Positions 56,793-64,000 of a DNA stretch of 64,000 bases are shown one piece after another. The stretch spans positions 43,309-107,308 of the forward strand of contig JAZAMN010000064.1 of assembly GCA_036229005.1 (NCBI GenBank), read 5' to 3'. Made by a program: the position numbers and the translations under genes. This DNA comes from Myxococcota bacterium (GTDB lineage Bacteria; Myxococcota_A; UBA796; CAJQPC01). How positions within the stretch are numbered: position 1 is the stretch's first letter; each line of letters begins with the position of its first letter. The notes below the pieces were generated by a model. The model saw only the letters and a program-made list of their open reading frames with translations. It was not told where the DNA came from and ran no database searches.

Positions 56793-57329
56793 TTACTCGG
56801 AATTACCCGAGGTTTCAGAGCCTTGCGCGCTTACATCCTGCTCTCGGATCGCCTCGTCGACGAAGTCCCCCAGGCAGTGCATCTGCCGGGCCCCCATGGT
56901 CTGCCCGATCTGCGAGGCCAGGTAGACCCCCACCGCCAACACCGCGCAGGCCGGCAGCCCCCAGAAGCCCCAGGCCTGCCCCTGCAGCATCCACTGCGCC
57001 GTCCCGCCCACCAGCGACACCACGGCCGCGAAGGCCAGGAAGGCGTAGAGGAACATGAAGAAGGTCCACAGGTTCGGCGCCGGGTGGTAGTTCCCGTGGA
57101 TCACCGCGCCGTCTTCGGTGGGCTCGATCTCCAGGGTCAGCACCGGCGAGTAGATCTTCCGGTTCTGCTTGGCGACCGAGAGGTCCACGTGCCGCTTGGC
57201 GATGCGCGCGCCGACGCCGCACTCACCGCCGTCCACGCGAGAAGCCAGGAGCTCCCGGACTTGTTCGGGGGCCAGTTGGATGCGGCGCTCAAAGCGCGGG
57301 CGCATCCGGTCAAGGTGATCCATGCTCAT
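56793..57329 (-). CDS. Hypothetical membrane protein (2 TM)
   Basis: Start set at MSMDHLDRMRPRF; YSPVL and PAPNLWTFFMFLY segments; two TM helices. Confidence 0.75.
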   Translation of the reverse strand: MSMDHLDRMRPRFERRIQLAPEQVRELLASRVDGGECGVGARIAKRHVDLSVAKQNRKIYSPVLTLEIEPTEDGAVIHGNYHPAPNLWTFFMFLYAFLAFAAVVSLVGGTAQWMLQGQAWGFWGLPACAVLAVGVYLASQIGQTMGARQMHCLGDFVDEAIREQDVSAQGSETSGNSE

Positions 57330-57335
57330 GGCCGC

Positions 57336-57341
57336 ATTGTG
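57336..57341 (-). promoter_or_regulatory. -10-like box CACAAT of a probable leaderless transcript
   Basis: The minus strand reads CACAAT-gcggcc-ATG(57329). Confidence 0.45.
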
Positions 57342-57397
57342 CCAAAAGCGAAACCAGGTCTGGCAGGATTCTGCTGGCCTGCCAGGCGGGCCCCCAG

Positions 57398-57435
57398 TGG
57401 ACCCCATCCATGGGCCCACCCATGGACCCCATCCA
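57398..57435. repeat. Intergenic triple tandem repeat of 12-13 nt
   Basis: TGGACCCCATCCA / TGGGCCCACCCA / TGGACCCCATCCA. Confidence 0.75.
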
Positions 57436-57459
57436 GGACCGTGGGGCGGGCCCCGGGGC

Positions 57460-57930
57460 TCAGGCCCCGGAGTCTGCGCAGGCGTCGGCGTCGTCGGCGC
57501 CCTCGACCTCGTCGATCAGGAAGATCCAGGCCTCGGTCCACTGCAGATCACAGCCGGGGTCCTCGGTGTACTCGCCGGGCACCACGCGGGTGTCTCCGTC
57601 TCGCACGAAGGGATCCAGCCAGGTGTACTCGCGCTCTTCGCAGCCGTCGTAGCGGTTGAGCCAGAGCAGCAGATCCTTGCCCTCCCAGTCCGCGTCCGGG
57701 ATGGGGTCCTCGCGACCGTGTACGTCCAGGAAGGTCAGCCAGAGGCTCTGGCTGGTGTGCGTCTGATCGCTGGGCTCCCCAACCTCGTACAGGGACCGGC
57801 CCTCCTGCCAGTCGATGGCTTCGACCGCAAACGAGGTCCCCGGGTGGTCGACCAAGCGGCCGCACTCGGTCCCCGAGCCGGAGTCCGAGACGTCCTTGTT
57901 GCAGGCCAACAGGGCCAAGAGGGCAGTCAT
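57460..57930 (-). CDS. Hypothetical lipoprotein
   Basis: MTALLALLAC lipobox; ATG directly follows the upstream gene's stop (TGAATG). Confidence 0.7.
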   Translation of the reverse strand: MTALLALLACNKDVSDSGSGTECGRLVDHPGTSFAVEAIDWQEGRSLYEVGEPSDQTHTSQSLWLTFLDVHGREDPIPDADWEGKDLLLWLNRYDGCEEREYTWLDPFVRDGDTRVVPGEYTEDPGCDLQWTEAWIFLIDEVEGADDADACADSGA

Positions 57931-58905
57931 TCAGAGCCTGGCCTCGACGGCGCTCACGACTGCATCGCAGCCATCAGCACCACCGCAGTCGACGGTGGTG
58001 AGCCCATCTGCGAGGGCGCCGTGCACGGCGTCCCGGATGCGACCCGCGGCCCGCTCCTCTCCCAGGTCCTCCAGCAGAGGCAGGGCGATCATCAGGTTGG
58101 GGATGGGGTTCGCGCGGCCGGTTCCGACCAGCGACTCCGCCTTGCCGTGGGGGTTCTCGAAGAGCTTGATGCCGTCGCCCAGGTTCACCGAGCCGCCGAC
58201 AGAGATGCCGCCGGCCAGACCGGTCGCCAGGTCGCCCACGATGTCGCCGAAGAGGTTGCCCGCCACCAGCACGTCGAAGTCGCTGGGGCGCTTGACCAGG
58301 CGCATGCACAGGGCGTCGACGATGACGTCCTCGGAGTCCAGGGTGGGGTACTCGGCGATCACGTCGCGGGCGGTGCGCAGGAAGAGGCCGTCCGACTTCT
58401 TCATGATGTTGGACTTGTGGACGATGCTGATCTTCTTGCGGCCCTTGGACAGGGCGAGCTCGCAGGCAAAGCGCGCGATGCGCTCACAGGCGGGCTGGGT
58501 GGTCAGCTTGACGGACTCGTAGACCCCGGGGGTGGTCTCGTGCTCGAAGCCCTTGTAGATGTCCTCGCTGGTCTCGCGGACGACCAGCAGGTCGACGTCG
58601 TTGAAGCGGGCGTTCAGGCCGGGGATGTTCTTGACCTCACGCACCTGGGCCCAGATGCCCAGCTCCTTGCGCAGGTGCACGCCGGCGGGGAGCTTGCCGG
58701 CGACCCGGGGGGCCTTGGTGCGGTTCTTGAGGATCCGGCCGGTGCTGCGGGCGCTCTCCAGGAGCTGCTCGGAGACCAGACCATCGACGATGGGGTGCTC
58801 CTCCCAGTGGATGTCGACGCCGGCGGAGGCGATGATGCGTTGGACGGCGCGGGCGGTCTCGGGTCCGACCCAGTCGCCGGGAACGAGAGTGACTCGGTGG
58901 CTCAT
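57931..58905 (-). CDS. Isocitrate/isopropylmalate dehydrogenase family protein, divergent paralog B
   Basis: GDWVGPE, RETSEDIY, VHKSNIMKKSDG, NLFGDIVGD; altered cofactor loop ENPHGKAESLVG; AGGAGA RBS. Confidence 0.9.
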   Translation of the reverse strand: MSHRVTLVPGDWVGPETARAVQRIIASAGVDIHWEEHPIVDGLVSEQLLESARSTGRILKNRTKAPRVAGKLPAGVHLRKELGIWAQVREVKNIPGLNARFNDVDLLVVRETSEDIYKGFEHETTPGVYESVKLTTQPACERIARFACELALSKGRKKISIVHKSNIMKKSDGLFLRTARDVIAEYPTLDSEDVIVDALCMRLVKRPSDFDVLVAGNLFGDIVGDLATGLAGGISVGGSVNLGDGIKLFENPHGKAESLVGTGRANPIPNLMIALPLLEDLGEERAAGRIRDAVHGALADGLTTVDCGGADGCDAVVSAVEARL

Positions 58906-58914
58906 TGGGGTCTC

Positions 58915-59913
58915 CTAGAGGGCGTCGATCAGCGCGTCGGTGAAGGTCTTGGTGTCGGCGCTGCCGCCCAGGTCGCCGGTCAGGGTCTCGCCCTTGCCCA
59001 GCACGTCCCAGATGGCGCGGTTGATGCGGTCCGCGATGGCGCGCTCGCCGATGTGCTCCAGCAGCATCACGCCGCTCATGAGCACGGCAAGGGGGTTGGC
59101 GATGCCCTTGCCGGCGATGTCGGGGGCGGTGCCGTGGACGGCCTCGAACACCGCGATGCGGTCACCCACGTTGGCGCCGGGGACGACGCCCAGGCCGCCG
59201 ACCAGGCCAGCGCAGAGGTCGGAGAGGATGTCGCCGTAGAGGTTCTGGAGCAGCAGCACGTCGAAGTTGCTGGGGTCCATGGCCAGGGCCATCGAGACGT
59301 TGTCGATGGGCATGGTGTTCTGGGCGATGTAGGGGTAGTCGTCGCCGATCTTCTTGAAGGCGTCCACGAAGGCGCCGTCGGAGAGCGGGTTGACGCTGGG
59401 CTTGGCGCAGCAGCTGATGAGGCGGCGGCCCCGGTAGCGCATGTACTCGAAGGCCCACTTGGAGATGCGCTCGCCAGCGGCCTTGGTGCTCACCTTGAGG
59501 GAGATGACCTGGCCGGGCTGGATCTCGTGCTCGATGCCGGCGTAGAGGTCCTCGGTGTTCTCGCGGAGCACCACCAGATCGACGTCCTTGTAGGGCGTGA
59601 TGATGCCGGGCAGGCTCTTGACCGGGCGCAGGCCCGTGTAGAGCTCCAGCTCCTGGCGGATGGTCACGTTCGCCGAGCGGAAGCCGCGGCCCTTGGGGGT
59701 CTCCAGCGGCCCCTTGAGGCCGATGCGGTTGCGCTTGAGCGAGGTGATCACCGCGTCGGGGACGGGGATCCCGGTCTCTTCGAAGGCCTTGCGACCCGCG
59801 TGCACGGTCTCCCACTCGATGGGGGCCCCTGCCGCGGCGAGGACGCGAACGGTCGCGCCGGTGACCTCGGGCCCGATTCCGTCGCCCGGAATCAGGGTTG
59901 CCTTGTACGCCAT
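58915..59913 (-). CDS. NAD-type isocitrate dehydrogenase-like protein, paralog A
   Basis: Start [16 protein letters not shown] after [52 protein letters not shown] (Asp-Ile, NAD type). Confidence 0.9.
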   Translation of the reverse strand: MAYKATLIPGDGIGPEVTGATVRVLAAAGAPIEWETVHAGRKAFEETGIPVPDAVITSLKRNRIGLKGPLETPKGRGFRSANVTIRQELELYTGLRPVKSLPGIITPYKDVDLVVLRENTEDLYAGIEHEIQPGQVISLKVSTKAAGERISKWAFEYMRYRGRRLISCCAKPSVNPLSDGAFVDAFKKIGDDYPYIAQNTMPIDNVSMALAMDPSNFDVLLLQNLYGDILSDLCAGLVGGLGVVPGANVGDRIAVFEAVHGTAPDIAGKGIANPLAVLMSGVMLLEHIGERAIADRINRAIWDVLGKGETLTGDLGGSADTKTFTDALIDAL

Positions 59914-60024
59914 CCAACTCTCCTGGTGTAGGGGTTTGCCTAACACAGCCAGCGCACCCTGCCTGACACCGATCACGGCCCCCGCGACCCCCGCCCGACG
60001 CCGGCCCGGTTAGAGGCCCGGCCC

Positions 60025-60732
60025 ATGAGATCCCGCACCCCAACAGAGCGCAACGCGCGCTTCGTCTTCGGCAGCCTCCCGATGCTCATGGCGGCCTTCA
60101 TGGTGGCCAGCGTGATCGGCCTCTTCGTCCTGACCCGGATCGGGGGGAAGGCGGCTGGAGCCCGCGTTCAGATGACGTGGTCCACCACCTGCCCCACCGA
60201 GTGGGGCGAACTCTTGACCGCCCGCGGCACCGACATGGGGCTGGGTGACCTCGAGGTCACCCCTGGCGCCGACGAGGTCATCGTCACCGCGACCCTCCCC
60301 GGGCTGGACGGCGATCAGGACAAGACCCCCGCGCTGCTCGGCGCCCGCGGTCTGCTGGAGATCCAGGCGGTCGAGAGCCGGGACTCGGCCCCCGGCGGGC
60401 AGGTGCTCGCCACCAACGAGGACGTCCTGAACGCCTGGTACCAGCTCAACTACCAGGGGCACCCCGCCGTGGAGCTGGAGCTGCAGCCCCAGGCCCTGCT
60501 GCGCCTGCAGGAGCGGGACACCCCGGCGCTGATCTACGTGCTGGACGGCCAGGTCGTGGATGCCTGGGACTTCGAAGAGGGCCCCGAGGAGGACGACGTC
60601 CGCCTCACGCCCGAGCTGGAGCGCACCGAGGATGAGGTGCGGCAGACCGCCGACTGGCTGATCCTGCTCAGCCACCCGCCCGCGCCCTGCGACGCCACCC
60701 TCCAGTCCGTGCTCCCCCTGGACCCGGGGTAG
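60025..60732 (+). CDS. Stand-alone SecD/SecDF P1 periplasmic-domain-like protein with one TM
   Basis: R...MG...V..G...VTATLPG...LLGARGLLEI...GHPAVELEL...LIYVLDGQVV matches the SecD P1 base/head pattern. Confidence 0.55.
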   Translation: MRSRTPTERNARFVFGSLPMLMAAFMVASVIGLFVLTRIGGKAAGARVQMTWSTTCPTEWGELLTARGTDMGLGDLEVTPGADEVIVTATLPGLDGDQDKTPALLGARGLLEIQAVESRDSAPGGQVLATNEDVLNAWYQLNYQGHPAVELELQPQALLRLQERDTPALIYVLDGQVVDAWDFEEGPEEDDVRLTPELERTEDEVRQTADWLILLSHPPAPCDATLQSVLPLDPG

Positions 60733-60735
60733 GCC

Positions 60736-62208
60736 CTATTGGCCGATGGTCCCGGGCCCCAGCAGGCGGGCCCGGTGCAGGGCCGATTCGGCGCGCTGCA
60801 GCAGCGCGGGGCCGCCCAGGGTGTCCGCCACACCGCCGGTGAAGCGCAGGTCCTCGAGTTCGACGTCGGCGCCCTCGGGGATCAGCCCCTCCTGGATCCC
60901 GCCCAGGCGCTGCATGGCCTGCCTCGCATCGCAGCCGACCAGCAGGATGCCCAGGGTCCATGGGCCCACGCGGCCGATGACGTCGGTCTCTCGGATGGCG
61001 CTCTGCAGGCTGTGGGCGAGGCTGCGCAGCACCTGGTCGGCGCCGCCATTTCCTCGCTGTTCCACCAAGCGCTCCCAGCCGTGGAGCTCAAGCAGAGCCG
61101 CGGCGGTGGGCTCCCCGCTGCGAAGGCTCAGTCCCACCTCGCGATCCGCAGAGGACAGGAAGGCGTTCCGCGACATCACGGCGGTGTCGGGGTCGAAGAG
61201 AGAGGCCGCGGCTGCGCGCTGGCGGCGCTTGATGCGCCCCTGGATCTGCTGGACCAGCACGGCGTCAGAGAGCTCCGAGAGCAGCAGGTCTGCCTGGGGG
61301 ACCTGGGGGAGGGGGGCCTTGCCGTAGACCGCCATGGAGAGCTGGTGCCAGCGGTCGTGCCCCCGGAGCGCGGGCAGGAGCGGGGCGGCGTCCGTGTCGT
61401 CCAGCACCACCAGATCGGGACCGACCTGGTCCAGCAGATCCAGCAGCTTGCCGCTGTCGCCAGTGGCCACGACGTTGACCTTGAGCTCAGGGGCCAGGGC
61501 GGAGATCCGCGCCGCGGAGCGGGGGCCGCAGACCACCATGCTGGGGCTGTGCAGGTCCCCGCTGCGGATGTGCTGGCGGATCCGCCAGAGCATCGCCGGG
61601 ATCTCCAGGGGGACGCGCACCCAGCCGTCCGCCCCGATCCGAGCGGCCTCGGCGCGCTTTTGCAGGCCCTGCTCCTGTTCGGAGAAGGCGTAGATGGGGA
61701 GGGTGGCCAGGCGGTCGATGGCGCGCAGGCCCGCGGCGACCTCGGCAAGCGACTCGTAGGGGACCACGGCCGCGAAGGGCTCCTGCCCCTGGGCGCTCTC
61801 CAGCAGCGCCTGGACGTCCTCCACGAAATCCACCTGGACGGCGCAGGAGCGGGCGCGCACGCGCAAGCGCATGGCGGACTTGCTGTCGGGCTCCAGCACC
61901 AGCAGGGGGCGGAACACGGGGCGCCGGCCGTCCAGGGAGCGGCACACGCTCAGCAGGGACTGCATCTCGTCCTGGAGGCCGCCCTCCTGGGTGGCGGCGC
62001 GGGCGCGGGCGGCGGCGTGGGACAGCTCCACCAGATCCAGGGCGGCGGCGGTCTCCTCGAGGCGCTCCAGGTCGGCGGCGAGGGGCTCCAGCAGCGCCGG
62101 ATCGCTCTGGGCCTCGCGCGCCAGCCACGCCAGGGCGGCGACCTGCTCATCGAGCACGGCAGAGAAGTTGTTCCGCAGGCGACCAAGCCCGGAGCGGTGG
62201 ACCGCCAT
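60736..62208 (-). CDS. Degenerate GGDEF protein with HPt-like and two receiver-like domains
   Basis: Start MAVHRSG after GGAGG; DPDTAVMSR...G...ADQVLR...RETDVIGRVGPWTL...FTGGVA...AESALHRAR. Confidence 0.8.
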   Translation of the reverse strand: MAVHRSGLGRLRNNFSAVLDEQVAALAWLAREAQSDPALLEPLAADLERLEETAAALDLVELSHAAARARAATQEGGLQDEMQSLLSVCRSLDGRRPVFRPLLVLEPDSKSAMRLRVRARSCAVQVDFVEDVQALLESAQGQEPFAAVVPYESLAEVAAGLRAIDRLATLPIYAFSEQEQGLQKRAEAARIGADGWVRVPLEIPAMLWRIRQHIRSGDLHSPSMVVCGPRSAARISALAPELKVNVVATGDSGKLLDLLDQVGPDLVVLDDTDAAPLLPALRGHDRWHQLSMAVYGKAPLPQVPQADLLLSELSDAVLVQQIQGRIKRRQRAAAASLFDPDTAVMSRNAFLSSADREVGLSLRSGEPTAAALLELHGWERLVEQRGNGGADQVLRSLAHSLQSAIRETDVIGRVGPWTLGILLVGCDARQAMQRLGGIQEGLIPEGADVELEDLRFTGGVADTLGGPALLQRAESALHRARLLGPGTIGQ

Positions 62209-62275
62209 GCAGCCTCCGTGGGTTCCTCCGCCACGTAGCGGGGTTGGACGTGCACAAGCAACCGGGTCAGACTGC

Positions 62276-63262
62276 ATGAAACCGGTCCGGGAGCCCCCAT
62301 TGCGGCAGGCACGACAGCTCGCTGGCTTCTTTGTGCTGCTCATCGGGCTGCTGTGCTCGGGTGGCCTCGCCGGGCTCTGTCCCGAAGATGTGCTGTGGCT
62401 CTCCGCGCTCCGGGCGGTGCTCCTGAGCCTGCCGCGCCCCATGATGTTCCTCTTCGTCCTGTGGGGGATCTGGTTCTGGAGGCGGACCCGCAGCCGCGGG
62501 GGGCTGGTGGTCGCGGGCGTCGCGCTGCTGCTGGCGGGCATCCCACCGCTCTGGCCCGCCCCGCGAGAGGGCCTGCTGTTGGTGTCCGCGAACGTGCAGG
62601 CCTACGCCGACGAGAGCGAGGCGCTGGAGCAGTCCCTGGGCGCGCTGGGCGCCGACATCGTGCTCACCCACGAGCAGCGCGGGGAGCGGATCCCAGGCAT
62701 GTCCCGCGTCGCCGACAACTACGACCGGGGCCTGCCCAAGCCCAGCCACGGGGAGGCGGTCTACTGCGCCCGGCACCTCTTCTGCGACGCCGAGATCACC
62801 GAGGAGTACGGCGCCCCCGGCTGCGGAATGCCGGTCGCCCTGGCGCGGGTCGAGGCCAGCCTCTGCGTGATCGGCATCCACGCCCCGCCGCCCATCCCCA
62901 TCTGCTCCAGCGGTATGGGGCCCTACCTGGAGACCGTCGGCAGCCACATCGAGGGCGGACGCATGGCGAGCGACTGGGGGCCCTGCAAGGCTGACGACCC
63001 GGTCGTCGTGGCCGGGGACCTCAACTACGTCCCGGGTAGCCGCGCCTGGCGGGGGCTGGTGGACCGCGGCCTGGAGGACCCCGTGGCCTGGCAGGGGGTC
63101 TGGGCGAATAGCTGGCCCGCGGGTGGGGGGTGGCCGATGGCGCCGTTCTTCAGACTGGATCACCTGCTGGCCGGAGACGTGCGGGTGCGGGGCGTTCGCT
63201 ACCTTCGGCTCCCGGGGGCGGATCACCGGGCCATCCGGGCGCGCATCCAGATGGAGGATTGA
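62276..63262 (+). CDS. Membrane-anchored endonuclease/exonuclease/phosphatase (EEP) family protein
   Basis: Three N-terminal TMs; SANV, DIVLTHE, AGDLN, RLDHLL, GADH. Confidence 0.85.
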   Translation: MKPVREPPLRQARQLAGFFVLLIGLLCSGGLAGLCPEDVLWLSALRAVLLSLPRPMMFLFVLWGIWFWRRTRSRGGLVVAGVALLLAGIPPLWPAPREGLLLVSANVQAYADESEALEQSLGALGADIVLTHEQRGERIPGMSRVADNYDRGLPKPSHGEAVYCARHLFCDAEITEEYGAPGCGMPVALARVEASLCVIGIHAPPPIPICSSGMGPYLETVGSHIEGGRMASDWGPCKADDPVVVAGDLNYVPGSRAWRGLVDRGLEDPVAWQGVWANSWPAGGGWPMAPFFRLDHLLAGDVRVRGVRYLRLPGADHRAIRARIQMED

Positions 63263-63353
63263 AGAGGGTTTTCATCTGAACGCTGCTCAAGGCCCCCAAC
63301 GCGGGATCCGTTCTGCCTGATTGTCAACCCAAGTCATCCCCGAAGGCGGTCCG

Positions 63354-63866
63354 ATGAAGATTCCCGAGCTGCTCAGGCAGTCCATCCCCGAGGTCACCTC
63401 CGCGCTCCTGGAGGACCACGAGATCGTCCTGCAGAAGGCCGGCCCCCAGCCCACGCGCCGCGCCGCTGTGATTGGCTTCTCGGGTGATCTGGTCAAGGGC
63501 TCGCTGGGGCTCGCGGTGGAGCCGGAGCTGCTGGAGTTCGCGCACGCCCGCTTGATGGGGAGGTCCCCGAACGCGCGGGAGTCTGACGACTTCCTCTCCG
63601 AGCTCTCCAACCAGCTCCTGGGCCGCATCAAGACGGTGTTTCTGCGCTACGGCGTCGAGATCTACCTGAGCACCCCGATGGTGCTGCGCGGCATCAACAT
63701 CTCGGTGTCCCCGGGGCCCCACAGCAACCTGGTGCCCGCCCATTTCTCCACCTTCGTGGGGCCGGTCAGCGTCTGGATCGACGCCCAGCACGCCCCGGAG
63801 CTGGACGTCCACGAGGTCGAGCAGGCCGAGGACGTGATGGTCGAAGGCGAGCTGATGTTCTTCTGA
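63354..63866 (+). CDS. CheX-like chemotaxis phosphatase
   Basis: AVIGFSG..KGSL; ExxN motif SELSNQLLG; LSTPMVLRG. Confidence 0.8.
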   Translation: MKIPELLRQSIPEVTSALLEDHEIVLQKAGPQPTRRAAVIGFSGDLVKGSLGLAVEPELLEFAHARLMGRSPNARESDDFLSELSNQLLGRIKTVFLRYGVEIYLSTPMVLRGINISVSPGPHSNLVPAHFSTFVGPVSVWIDAQHAPELDVHEVEQAEDVMVEGELMFF

Positions 63867-64000
63867 GATACCGGCTGGTCCAGTCAACCGGTTTCTGATC
63901 TCACGACGAAACCATGACCCTGGTTCGCGACTGCGTAGACGACGGTGAGCAGCTTCCGCATGGAGGCCACCAAGGCGACCTTGGGTGGCTTGCCCCGCTC
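63866..64000 (-). mobile_element. Right end of an IS110-family insertion sequence
   Basis: At the transposase stop the minus strand reads TTGACT-ggaccagc-CGGTATCT, i.e. a -35-like box followed by a terminal CT core. Confidence 0.7.
63884..64000 (-). CDS. IS110-family transposase/recombinase, C-terminal 38 aa (partial)
   Basis: Not in the ORF track. Manual translation ERGKPPKVALVASMRKLLTVVYAVANQGHGFVVRSETG* matches the IS110 C-terminal GKxxKVALVAxMRKL motif. Confidence 0.85.
   Translation of the reverse strand, partial: ERGKPPKVALVASMRKLLTVVYAVANQGHGFVVRSETG

Noticed and set aside
57361..57374. Possible sigma-54 promoter TGGCAGGATTCTGC
   Set aside because: The GG-to-GC spacing is 9 nt rather than 10, and it does not point at a plus-strand gene.
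63914..64000. Plus-strand ATG ORF at the window end (MTLVRDCVDD...)
   Set aside because: The minus-strand frame gives a clear IS110 C-terminal motif, so the plus frame is its shadow.

Overview
Very GC-rich (about 70% by eye) bacterial chromosomal segment. The gene content suggests a Myxococcota-like organism: FHA/Ser-Thr kinase/PEGA genes, MoxR-vWA genes, CheX and an ECF sigma factor. (1) 0.5-18 kb: a closely coupled DISARM-related/ARMADA-like anti-phage operon. It encodes a DUF1232-like protein, a SNF2 helicase, a large N6-adenine methyltransferase, a YprA/DUF1998 helicase-nuclease, a DUF4145+RelE-like-UvrD fusion and a PD-(D/E)XK nuclease. (2) 18-38 kb: lipoproteins, a hybrid sensor kinase, two vWA genes, a divergent FHA/kinase pair, a ferredoxin with an FAD oxidoreductase, an ECF sigma/anti-sigma pair and an acyltransferase/SDR pair. 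(3) 38.6-48.6 kb: an ion-homeostasis operon of a CPA antiporter, TrkA, TrkH, a 1499-aa antiporter fused to a degenerate P-loop domain, and MscS. (4) 48.7-56.2 kb: a MoxR/ABC/DUF58 operon. (5) 57.9-59.9 kb: two tandem isocitrate-dehydrogenase-family paralogs with complementary motif loss, a candidate bacterial heteromeric IDH. (6) 60-64 kb: a stand-alone SecD-P1-like protein, a degenerate GGDEF protein with an intact I-site, an EEP hydrolase, CheX, and the right end of an IS110-family element at the cheX stop codon. Several genes look leaderless and many have ultra-short signal peptides. No rRNA, tRNA or CRISPR array was seen. All family assignments come from motif recognition by eye; no searches were run.
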